From an uncultured bacterium (GTDB taxonomy: Bacteria; Pseudomonadota; Gammaproteobacteria; Burkholderiales; SG8-39): a stretch of DNA of 64,000 nt. Numbering within the stretch: position 1 is the stretch's first letter; each line of letters starts with the position of its first letter. The DNA lies in assembly GCA_965233165.1 (NCBI GenBank), contig CBDDRX010000087.1, positions 35 through 64,034 of the forward strand. The letters are read 5' to 3'. A program made the position numbers and the translations under genes. A model generated the notes under the pieces. That model saw only the letters and a list, made by a program, of their open reading frames with translations. It was not told where the DNA came from and ran no database searches. Positions 30,218-39,686 of the stretch are shown here, in pieces.

Positions 30218-32023
30218 CTAGGATATGTGGCGCGGCAGCTCGAACCAGAAGGTGGTTCCGCCGTCGGTGCGCGGGTCGAAGCCGATGCGGCCCTGCATCA
30301 TCTCCACCAGGCGCTTGGAGATGGCGAGGCCGAGACCCGTGCCGCTCTTCTGCCGCGCGGTGGTCGAGTCCGCCTGCGCGAAGCGGCCGAAGATCCGGCC
30401 GCGGAACGACTCCGGGATCCCGGGCCCGCGGTCGTGCACGCCGACGCGCACGTTCGGGCCGCTTTCCTCCATCGTGACCTCGACCACGCCCCCTTCGGGA
30501 GAGAATTTCGCCGCGTTCGACAGCAGGTTGGTCATCACCTGGAGGAGGCGCTTGCGGTCGGCATGCACCGTCCGGTCCTGCGGGCTGCCGAGCAGCTCCA
30601 TGCGCACCTTGAAGCGCTCGCCGAAGGCCTTGTTGAGGACCAGCGCCTCGCGCACCAGCTCGCCCAGCTTGAAGACCTCGGGGACGAGCGTGAGCTTGCC
30701 CGACTCGATCTTCTCGATGTCGAGGAGATCGTTGATCAGGTCGAGCAGGCGCGTGCCGTTGCGCTCGGCGACGCCGGTCAGCTCCGAGACGTCCTGCGAC
30801 AGGTCGCCGAGCACGCCGGAGTTGATGAGCTGCAGCGAGCCGATGATGGAGGTGAGCGGCGTGCGCAGCTCATGGCTGAGCGTGGAGGTGAACTCCTTCT
30901 TCATCCGCTCGGCCTCGAGCTGGCGGGTCACGTCCTGGCCCTGCGCGATCACGGCGAGGATCGACCCCTCCGGGTTGACGAGCGGCGTGACCGTCCATTC
31001 GCAGACCACCTGCAGGCCGTCGCGGCGCGGGCTGCGGATCTTCAGGCCGGCGAGCGGCTCGCGGCTCGTGATGAGCGCCGCCCACTGCCGCTCGAACTCG
31101 CCGCGCAGCTCCGGCAGCACGAGGTGCTCCTGGACCTTGCCGCCGAGCAGCTCGGCCTCGGCGAAGCCGAACAGCAGCTCGGCCCCCGGGTTGACCTGGG
31201 TCATGCGCCCGTCGACGTCGAGCTCGAGAACCGCGATCGGCGCCCGGTCGGCGAACAGCGCGAGCTTGCGACCGCTCGCCTCGACCTGGGTGCGCGCGTC
31301 CCCGAGCTCGCCGAGCTGGCGCTCGAGGCGCTGGTTGAGCACGCTGTAGTCCTCGGTCAGCTTGCCGTAGGCGTGGCGCAGGCGGTAGGCGGCGTGGAAC
31401 ACCTGGGTGAGCCGGTAGGCGACCGCGACGTTGACCGCGTAGAACATCGGCACCAGCAGCGCGATCTCGATGAACAGGCGGTTGCCGAACGTCGCGAGGA
31501 CATAGGTGAAGGGCACTACGATGCCAGCCGCGTACGCGGCATAGATCGGCCACGAGGCGGCGTAGACGGGGATCCCGCCGGCCATCATCCCGGCGAGCAG
31601 GAAGGCGAGGAACACCTGCTGCTCGTCGGTGTGCGAAGGGAAGAACACCGCGCCGGCGAAGCCCCAGCTTGCGCCGGTGGCCAGCGCGGCGATGCCGAGC
31701 CAGCGCAGCCACTGGTCCGGCTGCTCGGCCTTCGTGGCGCTGCGGCGATAGGCGTAGAGCAGGGCGGCGCTCGCGCCGGTGACCAGCAGCACAAGGAGCC
31801 ACCAGAAGAGCACCAGGTCGCGCAGCCGCTCGTCCCAGAACTCGAACGTGGCGATGGCGCCGATCGCGAAGGTGCCGAGCAGGCCGACCCACATCTGCCC
31901 GTAGAGATGGTCTACGCGGTCGGCCAGGACGAGGCGCGGGTCCGCGCGCTCGCGCATTTCCGCCGCGGCGCCGCGCTCGAGCGCGATGCGCGAAGGTGCG
32001 GCGGAGCTGCCCGGTAAATTCAT
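30218..32023 (-). CDS. Membrane sensor histidine kinase with PAS domain
   Basis: About six TM helices, PAS (VNPGAELLFG..ELLG), H-box LSHELRTPL, NLLSNAAKF, DRGPGI, GTGLGL. Confidence 0.94.
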   Translation of the reverse strand: MNLPGSSAAPSRIALERGAAAEMRERADPRLVLADRVDHLYGQMWVGLLGTFAIGAIATFEFWDERLRDLVLFWWLLVLLVTGASAALLYAYRRSATKAEQPDQWLRWLGIAALATGASWGFAGAVFFPSHTDEQQVFLAFLLAGMMAGGIPVYAASWPIYAAYAAGIVVPFTYVLATFGNRLFIEIALLVPMFYAVNVAVAYRLTQVFHAAYRLRHAYGKLTEDYSVLNQRLERQLGELGDARTQVEASGRKLALFADRAPIAVLELDVDGRMTQVNPGAELLFGFAEAELLGGKVQEHLVLPELRGEFERQWAALITSREPLAGLKIRSPRRDGLQVVCEWTVTPLVNPEGSILAVIAQGQDVTRQLEAERMKKEFTSTLSHELRTPLTSIIGSLQLINSGVLGDLSQDVSELTGVAERNGTRLLDLINDLLDIEKIESGKLTLVPEVFKLGELVREALVLNKAFGERFKVRMELLGSPQDRTVHADRKRLLQVMTNLLSNAAKFSPEGGVVEVTMEESGPNVRVGVHDRGPGIPESFRGRIFGRFAQADSTTARQKSGTGLGLAISKRLVEMMQGRIGFDPRTDGGTTFWFELPRHIS

Positions 32024-32106
32024 CTGCGCTGCCAGTGTCTCGTTCCCCCGGGCAAATTCTATCGGGAACGCGCAGGGACTACGGTGAAATGAAGTGAAAA
32101 GCCCCT

Positions 32107-32736
32107 CTAGAAGGACTTGCCGTTGCGAATCACGCCGACGGCGACGCCTTCGATCGTCAGCGCCTCGCTACGGGCGTCGACCTCGATGGGCTCGAAGTCG
32201 GGGTTCTCGGGCAGGAGCTGCACGGCGTTGCCCTTGCGGCGCAGGCGCTTGACGGTCACCTCGTCGGCGAGGCGCGCGACGACGATCTGGCCGGAGCGGG
32301 CGTCCTGGGTCTTGTGCACCGCGAGGAGGTCGCCTTCCAGGATGCCGGCATCGCGCATGGAGAGACCGCGCACGCGCAGGAGGTAGTCGGCGCGCGGCGT
32401 GAAAAGGTTCGGATCGACCTGGTAGCTGCCCTGCAGGGGCTCCTCGGCCAGGATCGGGCTGCCGGCGGCGACGCGGCCGACGACCGGAAGCTCCATCAGC
32501 CGCCCGGCGCGCCCGGACGGGCGCGGCTCGAGCACGCGGATGCCGCGCGAGGAGCCGGAGGAGATCTCGATCGCGCCCTTCTTCTCGAGTGCGCGCAGGT
32601 GCTGCTCCGCGGCGTTCACCGAGCGAAAGCCCATGCGCTCCGCGATCTCGGCGCGCGTGGGCGGGAAGCCGGATACCTCCGTGAGCTCGCGGACCAGCTT
32701 CAGGATCTCGGACTGGCGATCTGTAAGTTCATCCAT
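32107..32736 (-). CDS. lexA: SOS repressor LexA
   Basis: [20 protein letters not shown] cleavage site, GLSM catalytic Ser, VTVKR catalytic Lys. Confidence 0.97.
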   Translation of the reverse strand: MDELTDRQSEILKLVRELTEVSGFPPTRAEIAERMGFRSVNAAEQHLRALEKKGAIEISSGSSRGIRVLEPRPSGRAGRLMELPVVGRVAAGSPILAEEPLQGSYQVDPNLFTPRADYLLRVRGLSMRDAGILEGDLLAVHKTQDARSGQIVVARLADEVTVKRLRRKGNAVQLLPENPDFEPIEVDARSEALTIEGVAVGVIRNGKSF

Positions 32737-32738
32737 GT

Positions 32739-32754
32739 ATGGCAATATATACAG
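32739..32754. promoter_or_regulatory. Imperfect LexA box between divergent lexA and dinB
   Basis: Minus strand CTGTATATATTGCCAT: one perfect half-site, the other ends CAT instead of CAG; 2 bp from the lexA ATG. Confidence 0.65.
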
Positions 32755-32767
32755 TATGCGCTGGATT

Positions 32768-32840
32768 GTCCAATGACGAAGATCGTCCAATGACGAAGAT
32801 CGTCCAATGACGAAGATCGTCCAATGAGGAAGATCGTCCA
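32768..32840 (+). repeat. 17-bp tandem repeat (4.3 copies) containing the dinB start codon
   Basis: GTCCAATGACGAAGATC x3, then GTCCAATGAGGAAGATC, then GTCCA. Confidence 0.95.
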
Positions 32841-33894
32841 CCTCGACATGGATGCCTTCTACGCCGCCGTCGAGCAGCGGGACAACCCGGCGCTGCGCGG
32901 CCAGCCGGTGGTGGTCGGCGGGCGGCCGGAGGGGCGCGGGGTGGTGGCCGCGGCGAGCTACGAGGCGCGCCGGCACGGCGTGCGCTCGGCGATGCCGATG
33001 GCCACGGCGCTGCGCCTGTGCCCGAAGCTGGTCATCGTGCGCCCCGACTTCCAGCACTACCGCGCCGTGTCGCGCGAGGTCATGGAGATCCTGCGCGCCT
33101 GCACGCCGCTCGTGGAGCCGCTGTCGCTCGACGAAGCCTACCTCGACGTCACGCACAACGCCTGGGGCGAGCCGCTCGCCCAGGAGGTTGCAAGAAAGCT
33201 GAAGCAGCAGATTCGCGAGGCGACCGGCCTGACGGCGTCCGCCGGCGTCGCGCCGAACAAGTTCCTGGCGAAGATCGCCTCGGGCTGGCGCAAGCCCGAC
33301 GGCCTGACCGTCATCGCGCCGGAGCGCGTGGAGCGCTTCCTGCAGCAGCTTCCGGTCGACGCGCTGTGGGGCGTCGGCCCGGTGACCGCGAAGAAGCTGA
33401 AGGGCGCCGGCATCGAGCGCGTCGTCGACGTGCGCGCGGCCGACCCGCAGCGCCTGCAGCAGCTCGTCGGCAGCCTCGCCGAGTGGCTGATCGCGCTCGC
33501 GCAAGGCGAGGACCACCGCGAGGTCTGCCCGGACCGGCCGACGAAGTCGGTGAGCGAGGAGAGCACCTATCCCGAGGACCTGGTGGACGCGGAGCTCATG
33601 CGCAGCGAGATCGAAGGCATGGCCCGCGCCGTCGCCGCGAGCCTCGAGCGCAAGCAGCTCACCGCGCGGACGGTGACCATCAAGGTGCGCTATCCGGACT
33701 TCACCACGGTGACGCGCAGCCACACCTGCGAGCCGCCGTCGCGCGATCCGGCCCGCCTCGCCGAGCGCGCCGCTTCGCTGCTCGAGCGCACCGAGGCAGG
33801 CAAGCGGCCGGTCCGCCTGCTCGGCGTCGGCGCGCACGGGCTGGCGGAAGACGGCGTGCGCGCAGAGAAACGGGAAGAAATGCTCTTGCTCTAG
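32824..33894 (+). CDS. dinB: DNA polymerase IV
   Basis: [56 protein letters not shown]-terminal clamp-like MLLL. Confidence 0.96.
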   Translation: MRKIVHLDMDAFYAAVEQRDNPALRGQPVVVGGRPEGRGVVAAASYEARRHGVRSAMPMATALRLCPKLVIVRPDFQHYRAVSREVMEILRACTPLVEPLSLDEAYLDVTHNAWGEPLAQEVARKLKQQIREATGLTASAGVAPNKFLAKIASGWRKPDGLTVIAPERVERFLQQLPVDALWGVGPVTAKKLKGAGIERVVDVRAADPQRLQQLVGSLAEWLIALAQGEDHREVCPDRPTKSVSEESTYPEDLVDAELMRSEIEGMARAVAASLERKQLTARTVTIKVRYPDFTTVTRSHTCEPPSRDPARLAERAASLLERTEAGKRPVRLLGVGAHGLAEDGVRAEKREEMLLL

Positions 33895-33914
33895 GGGGTT
33901 ACAATCCCCCGGGC

Positions 33915-35114
33915 ATGGTCATCCAGTCGCTGCTCGACACCGACCTCTACAAGTTCACGATGATGCAGGTCGTCCTGCACCATTTCCCGGGCGCGCAGGT
34001 CGAGTACAAGTTCCGCTGCCGCACCGAAGGCGTGGACCTGCGTCCCTACCTGGGCGAGATCCAGTCCGAGATCGGCAGCCTGTGCGACCTGCGCTTCACG
34101 CAGGCCGAGCTCGCCTACCTGCGCAGCCTGCGCTTCATGAAGTCCGATTTTGTCGACTTCCTCGGCCTGTTCCATTTCGATGCGCGCTTCATCCGCGTCG
34201 AGCAGGACGCGAAGGAGACCGGCGGCATCGGCATCACCATCCGCGGACCGTGGCTGCACACGATCCTGTACGAGATCCCGGTGCTCGCCATCGTGTCCGA
34301 GGTGTACTTCCGCCGCACCCAGCCGAAGGCCGAGCTCGCCGAGGGCCGCCGGCGGCTGCAGGCGAAGATCGACCTGGTGCGCAAGGTCGAGCCGGACCTC
34401 GACTTCAAGATTTCCGACTTCGGCACCCGGAGGCGCTTCTCGCGCGACTGGCAGGAGGAAGTCCTGCAGACGCTCAGGCGCGAGGTGCCGGAATACACGG
34501 CGGGAACCTCCAACGTCTGGTTCGCGATGCGCAACAACCTGACGCCGCTCGGGACGATGGCGCACGAGTACATGCAGGCGTGCCAGGCGCTCGGCCCGCG
34601 CCTGCGCGACTCGCAGACCTTCGCCTTCGACAAGTGGGCGCAGGAATACCGGGGCGACCTCGGCATCGCGCTCTCGGACACCTACGGGCTGGACGCCTTC
34701 CTGCGCGACTTCGACATGTACTTCTGCAAGCTCTTCGACGGCGCGCGCCACGATTCGGGCGACCCCTTCGACTGGGGCGAGAAGATCATCGCCCACTACA
34801 AGAGGAACCGCGTCGACCCGCGCACCAAGCAGCTCATCTTCTCCGACCAGCTCGACTTCCCGCTTGCCATCCAGATCGCGCGCCGCTTCCAGGGCCGGGC
34901 GATCACCGCGTTCGGCATCGGCACCAACCTCACCAACGACCTGGGCTACGAGCCGATCAACATCGTGGTCAAGATGACCGAGTGCAACGGCCAGCCGGTG
35001 GCGAAGGTCTCCGACTCGCCCGGCAAGACGGTCAGCAAGGATCCGGGCTACCTCGCTTACCTGCGCCAGGTGTTCGGGCTCGACACCGAAGCGCGGCCCG
35101 CCGAGAAAGTCTGA
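33915..35114 (+). CDS. pncB: Nicotinate phosphoribosyltransferase
   Basis: [46 protein letters not shown]. Confidence 0.96.
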   Translation: MVIQSLLDTDLYKFTMMQVVLHHFPGAQVEYKFRCRTEGVDLRPYLGEIQSEIGSLCDLRFTQAELAYLRSLRFMKSDFVDFLGLFHFDARFIRVEQDAKETGGIGITIRGPWLHTILYEIPVLAIVSEVYFRRTQPKAELAEGRRRLQAKIDLVRKVEPDLDFKISDFGTRRRFSRDWQEEVLQTLRREVPEYTAGTSNVWFAMRNNLTPLGTMAHEYMQACQALGPRLRDSQTFAFDKWAQEYRGDLGIALSDTYGLDAFLRDFDMYFCKLFDGARHDSGDPFDWGEKIIAHYKRNRVDPRTKQLIFSDQLDFPLAIQIARRFQGRAITAFGIGTNLTNDLGYEPINIVVKMTECNGQPVAKVSDSPGKTVSKDPGYLAYLRQVFGLDTEARPAEKV

Positions 35115-36322
35115 GCCTCCTGCGCACCGCCGGCGGCGTGCTGGCCGCCTGCTTTCTCCTGAACATGCTGGGACGCGGGCTCGGCGACACCTATGCGGTG
35201 TTCCTCCTGCCGCTCGAGCGCGAGTTCGGCTGGACGCGCTCGCAGGTCACCGGCGTCTATTCGCTCTACCTGCTGGTCAACGGCTTCAGCGCGCCGCTGG
35301 TCGGCCTGCTCTTCGACCGGATCGGCCCGCGCTGGGTGTACGGCACGGGCGTCGCCTGCCTCGGCACGGCGTTCTTCCTCGCGAGCGCGCTCGCGACGCT
35401 GTGGCAGTTCTACCTCTTCATCGGCGTCATGGTCGGCCTCGCCGTCAGCCTGAACGGCATGGTGCCCGGCTCGGCGCTCCTTTCGCGCTGGTACCGCGCG
35501 CGCCTGTCGACCGCGATCGGCATCGCGTTCTCGGCGGTCGGCGTGGGCACGCTCATCTTCGTCCCGCTCGCGCAGTACCTGGTCACAGAATACGACTGGC
35601 GCGTCGCCTACCGCGCGATGGGCATCGGCATGCTCGTGTTGGTGCCGGTAGTGCTGCTCGCGGTGCCCTGGCGCAGGTTCCAGGCCGGGCATCCGGACCT
35701 GCACGGCGCGAAGGCGAAGGGCGGGCGGGAAGGCACGACCGTGCGCGAGGCGCTGCGCTCGCCGGTCTTCTGGAGCCTTTCGCAGATCTTCTTCTTCACC
35801 GCCACGGCGATGTTCTCGGTGCTCGTGCAGCTCGTCGCGTTCCTCATCGACGCAGGCTACTCGCCGCTTGCCGCGGCGACCGCCTTCGGCGTGCTCGGCA
35901 TGCTCTCGGCGACCAGCATCATGCTGAGCGGCCCGATCGCGGAGCGCTTCGGGTACCGGCAGTCGGTCACCGTGAGCTTCGTCGGGACGGCGAGCGGCAT
36001 CCTGATCCTGGCCCTCATCACCCGCTGGCCGACGGCGCTCGCGCTCGGCGCGTTCGTCGTCGTCTACGGCTTCTGCATGGGAGTGCGCGGGCCGGTGATC
36101 TCGACGGTCAGCGCGCGCACCTTCGCCGGGCCGAACGTCGCCACCATCTACGGCGCCATCTACTCGACCAATGCGCTCGGCGCCGCGTTCGGCTCCTTCA
36201 TGGGCGGCCTCCTGCACGACTTCACCGGCGGGTACGTCGCCGGCCTCGCGATGGCCTTCGCCGCCATCCTGGTCGCGGCGCTGCCCTTCTGGACCCAGCC
36301 GGCGCTGCGCAACTTCCGCTAG
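35111..36322 (+). CDS. MFS transporter (OFA/monocarboxylate-like)
   Basis: 12-TM pattern, [16 protein letters not shown]; start is CTG 35111 (overlapping the pncB TGA) or GTG 35138. Confidence 0.88.
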   Translation: MSLLRTAGGVLAACFLLNMLGRGLGDTYAVFLLPLEREFGWTRSQVTGVYSLYLLVNGFSAPLVGLLFDRIGPRWVYGTGVACLGTAFFLASALATLWQFYLFIGVMVGLAVSLNGMVPGSALLSRWYRARLSTAIGIAFSAVGVGTLIFVPLAQYLVTEYDWRVAYRAMGIGMLVLVPVVLLAVPWRRFQAGHPDLHGAKAKGGREGTTVREALRSPVFWSLSQIFFFTATAMFSVLVQLVAFLIDAGYSPLAAATAFGVLGMLSATSIMLSGPIAERFGYRQSVTVSFVGTASGILILALITRWPTALALGAFVVVYGFCMGVRGPVISTVSARTFAGPNVATIYGAIYSTNALGAAFGSFMGGLLHDFTGGYVAGLAMAFAAILVAALPFWTQPALRNFR

Positions 36323-36335
36323 GCGACGATCGGCG

Positions 36336-37283
36336 CTACCAGCGGATCCCGCGGCCCTTCAGGAGCGGGATCGCGAGGTCCGGGCGGTCGGTGATCAGGC
36401 CGTCGACGCCAAGATCGAGCATGCGCCCCATCGCCGCCGGGTCGTTGACGGTCCAGACGAGCACCTTCAGCCCGAGGGCGCGCGCCTCCTGCAGCGCCGC
36501 CGGCGTAAGGTCATTGAAGAATACCGACCAGTACGCGCCGCCCGCCGCCTTGATCATCCGCGGGACGGACCCGTGCTCGCGGAACTGGAAGCCCGCCGTC
36601 CACGGCGAGCCGGCCGGATGGGTCGCCTGGATGTTGTCCAAGCGCCGCTGGATGCTGAGGTAGACGGTGGGAATCTCCGGGGCGATCTTCTGCACGACCT
36701 GCAGCGTGCGCCAGTCGAAGGAGAGGATCTGCGCGCGGCCGGCGACGCCGGCCTTGCGGATCTCGTCGACCACCGCGCGGGCGAACGGCTCCGGCGCCGG
36801 CGTCTCGTCCGGCTTCTCCGGATGCAGCTTCGTCTCGATCGCGAAGCGGACCTTCGCGTCGCCCTTGACCATCTCGAAGAGATCCGCCAGGCGCGGGATG
36901 CGCGCGCCGTCCACCGGTTTCTGCTCCGGGTAGTTGCGTGCGTAGTCTGTCCCGGGCTTGAGGCGCCCGACGTCGTAGGCCTGCAGCTCGGCCCACGTGA
37001 GCGAGTGGATCGCCGGCCCGCGGCCCTCGAGGAACTTCCCGTCCGCGCCGCGGGTGAGATCCGGGTTCAGCGTCTGGTCGTGGTGGATGACCGCCACGCC
37101 GTCCTTCGTGATCGCGATGTCGAGCTCCAGCGTCGTCACCCCCAGCTCGCGCGCGCGCTGGAACCCCGGCAGCGTGTTCTCCGGCAGCAGGCCGCGCGCG
37201 CCGCGATGGCCCTGCAGGTCGATGGTCTGTGCGCTGGCGGCGCCGCCGAGCAAGAGGGAGAGAAAGACGAGGAGAGCTTTCAT
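36336..37283 (-). CDS. Secreted glycerophosphodiester phosphodiesterase
   Basis: Signal peptide; GHRGARGLLPENTL, ELD..TKDG..VIHHD, WTVND, GLITDRP. Confidence 0.93.
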   Translation of the reverse strand: MKALLVFLSLLLGGAASAQTIDLQGHRGARGLLPENTLPGFQRARELGVTTLELDIAITKDGVAVIHHDQTLNPDLTRGADGKFLEGRGPAIHSLTWAELQAYDVGRLKPGTDYARNYPEQKPVDGARIPRLADLFEMVKGDAKVRFAIETKLHPEKPDETPAPEPFARAVVDEIRKAGVAGRAQILSFDWRTLQVVQKIAPEIPTVYLSIQRRLDNIQATHPAGSPWTAGFQFREHGSVPRMIKAAGGAYWSVFFNDLTPAALQEARALGLKVLVWTVNDPAAMGRMLDLGVDGLITDRPDLAIPLLKGRGIRW

Positions 37284-38434
37284 GCGATCTCCGAGATGGC
37301 GCGCAGCCGGCGCTCGCGTTCCTTCAGTGAACAGCCGCGAAGGTCGGCGGCGCCGCGCTCGGTGACGACGATGCCGGCCTCGCTGCGTGGCGTGGACACC
37401 GGGCCCAAGAGCTTCTCGACGATGCGGGAGGCGGGCAGGAGCATGAGCGAGGCGCCGCCCGGCGAGTGGTTCGCGGCGCGGATGAAGTCGAGCGCGCCGC
37501 CGACGGCGCCGACGTAGCTGCCCTTCGCCACCTCGCCGTTCACCTGGCCGGTGAGGTCGACCTCGACCGCCGAGTTGATCGCGACGAAGCGCTCCAGGCC
37601 GTGGAGCACCGCCGGGTCGTGCGTGTATTCGCTGCTTCTCAGCCTCACCGCCGGATTCTCTCGTGCGAATGAGAACAGGCGCGGGGAGCCGATCAGCATC
37701 GCGCAGTCGACCTGGCTGACGACCTTGCGCTCGACGAGCTCGACGATCCCGTCGCCGACCGTCCCGGAATGCACGCGCAGGCCGGCGTGGCGGCCGAGGA
37801 GCGCGCAGACCGCGTCGGGCAGCGCGCCGATGCCGAACTCCAGCACCGCCCCGTCTGGAATGAAGGGGAGGGCGTTTCCTGCGATCGCCATCTCGTGCTC
37901 GCCCGGCGCTCTCGCCGCCGGGCGCGCTGGGGGACGTGAAGACCTGATGAGCAGGTCAAAATCATCTTGCCGGAGAAGCCGTTCCGAATAGGTCCACGGA
38001 ACCTGGTCGTTCACTTCGGCGACGATGGCGCGGGAGGCATCGAGGGCGGGGACGAGGTAGTCGGCGGCGAGGCCCATGCTGTACTCGCCGGCGGCATTCG
38101 GTGGGCTGACCTGGAGGAAGACGACGTCGGCGCGGATGCGCCCGGCACGGATGAGCGGGCCGATCTGGGAGTAGGGGACGGGAAGGACTTCCAGCGCGCC
38201 GGCGTCCGCCAGCGCCCGGTTGTGGCCGATGCCGCAATAGGCGGAAAGGCGCAAGTGATCGGCGTGCTCCGGCTTGAGGATCCCGGAATAGCCGGTGCCG
38301 AGGAAGAGCGAGCACCCGGAGAGGGCACTTCGCTGCGCGACGAGCGCTTCCACGAGAGTTTGCGGCTCGGCGCAGGCCTGGCCGACGACGATGCCCTCGC
38401 CCGGGCGGACGGCGGCGGAAAGCTCGACGCTCAC
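37280..38434 (-). CDS. Acetyl-CoA hydrolase / 4-hydroxybutyrate CoA-transferase family protein
   Basis: AEVN..VP, GIGALPDAV, AINSAVEVDLTGQVN.E, GGALDF.R.A..S.GG, VVTE.GAADLRG; GTGA overlap. Confidence 0.88.
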   Translation of the reverse strand: MSVELSAAVRPGEGIVVGQACAEPQTLVEALVAQRSALSGCSLFLGTGYSGILKPEHADHLRLSAYCGIGHNRALADAGALEVLPVPYSQIGPLIRAGRIRADVVFLQVSPPNAAGEYSMGLAADYLVPALDASRAIVAEVNDQVPWTYSERLLRQDDFDLLIRSSRPPARPAARAPGEHEMAIAGNALPFIPDGAVLEFGIGALPDAVCALLGRHAGLRVHSGTVGDGIVELVERKVVSQVDCAMLIGSPRLFSFARENPAVRLRSSEYTHDPAVLHGLERFVAINSAVEVDLTGQVNGEVAKGSYVGAVGGALDFIRAANHSPGGASLMLLPASRIVEKLLGPVSTPRSEAGIVVTERGAADLRGCSLKERERRLRAISEIA

Positions 38435-38805
38435 CGCCTGGCCGGACGCGCGCCGCGCTCGTCGAACACGTAGTTCAGGATGACCAGGTCGCGGACCGCG
38501 CCGGAGAGCCGGAGCTTGATCGCCCACTCGCCGGTCATGTCGAGGTCGAGCTGCGCCGCGTACTCGCCCGGCGCCTTGCCGGGCTTCGCGACCACGGGCT
38601 TGATGTTGTGCGCCATCGGCATGGACGGCATGTCCGCGCCGATGCTGATGCGCACGTTCTCGAGCGGCTTGCCGCCGCGCTCCAGCTTCACCTTGCAGTC
38701 ATAGACGAAGTCCGTCCCGGTGAACCTGCATTCCATCTCGCCCCGGACCTTCTGCGCGAAGGCCGTGCACGGCACGAGAATGACCATCAGTAGGAACAAT
38801 CTCAT
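38431..38805 (-). CDS. Small exported YtkA/FixH-like protein
   Basis: Signal peptide; ADMPSMPMAHN, PGEY...L.M.GEW. Confidence 0.72.
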   Translation of the reverse strand: MRLFLLMVILVPCTAFAQKVRGEMECRFTGTDFVYDCKVKLERGGKPLENVRISIGADMPSMPMAHNIKPVVAKPGKAPGEYAAQLDLDMTGEWAIKLRLSGAVRDLVILNYVFDERGARPARR

Positions 38806-39686
38806 TTTCGGGAGAGCAGGCGGTGGACCATCCGCTCGTCGAGGATACCGCGCGGGCGGAAGACGAGCAGGACGGCGACCAGGCCGCCGAAGACGATCAT
38901 CCGGTATTCCTGGAGGGCGCGGGTCGCCTCGAGCACGCCGATGTCGAGGAGCACCCCGAGGAGCGGGCCGAGCGCGGTCCCGAGGCCGCCGATGAGCGCG
39001 TAGGCGAGGCTGTGCACGCCCAGCATGATGTCGAAATTCCGCGGCTCGATGTAGGTGTTGTGGTGCGCGAACAGGGCGCCCCCCAGCGCCGCCAGCCCGC
39101 CGGCCGCGGCGGCCACGCCGAGCTTCAGGCGGTACACGTCCAGCCCGAGCGTCCCGGCGAGCTCCGGGTCCTCGCCCGCGGCGCGCAGGGTCGCGCCCAG
39201 GCGCGAGCGCTCCATGAGCAGGAAGCAGGCCAGCACGCCGCCCAGGAGGACCCAGATGAGGACCAGGAACGCGGTGGGCTGGACGCCCTGCTCGAAAACC
39301 CAGCGGATGCCGCCGAAGCCCTGCGCCCCGTCCGGGCCGACCGGCTCGCCGTCGACCTCGACCTGCCAGCGGAAGAGCTCGAACGCGATGCGCAGCATCT
39401 CCGCGGCGGCGAGCGTCGCCATGGCGAAGTAGAGGCCGCGCAGGCGCATCGCGGGCAGGGCGACCAGCAGCGCGGCGAGCGCCCCGGCGGCCATCGCGCC
39501 GAGCGCGGCGAGCGGCAGGGGCCAGCCGAGCATCGCGGTGCCGATGCCGGCGGCATAGGCGCCGACGCCGAAGAAGCCCTGCTGGCCGAACGACAGCTCG
39601 CCGGCGATCAGCAGGAGATAGGCCGAAAGCGCGACGAACGAGAACAGCCCGACGTTGGTCAGGACGCCGATCGCGTATTCATCCAC
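38802..39686 (-). CDS. livM: Branched-chain amino acid type ABC permease (LivM-like, second copy)
   Basis: GELSFGQ.GF.G.GAY, RLRGLYFAMATL, GGLGT..GP. Confidence 0.9.
   Translation of the reverse strand: MDEYAIGVLTNVGLFSFVALSAYLLLIAGELSFGQQGFFGVGAYAAGIGTAMLGWPLPLAALGAMAAGALAALLVALPAMRLRGLYFAMATLAAAEMLRIAFELFRWQVEVDGEPVGPDGAQGFGGIRWVFEQGVQPTAFLVLIWVLLGGVLACFLLMERSRLGATLRAAGEDPELAGTLGLDVYRLKLGVAAAAGGLAALGGALFAHHNTYIEPRNFDIMLGVHSLAYALIGGLGTALGPLLGVLLDIGVLEATRALQEYRMIVFGGLVAVLLVFRPRGILDERMVHRLLSRK

Noticed and set aside
32768-32840. CRISPR array or iteron
   Set aside because: Units are contiguous with no spacers, only 17 bp long, and there is no cas or rep gene; treated as a tandem repeat
27634-36322. 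Apparent long N-terminal extensions or fusions in the ORF track (27634-29811, 32107-33837, 33018-35114, 34082-36322)
   Set aside because: Extensions overlap other real genes in another frame; true starts are 28543, 32736, 33915 and about 35111/35138
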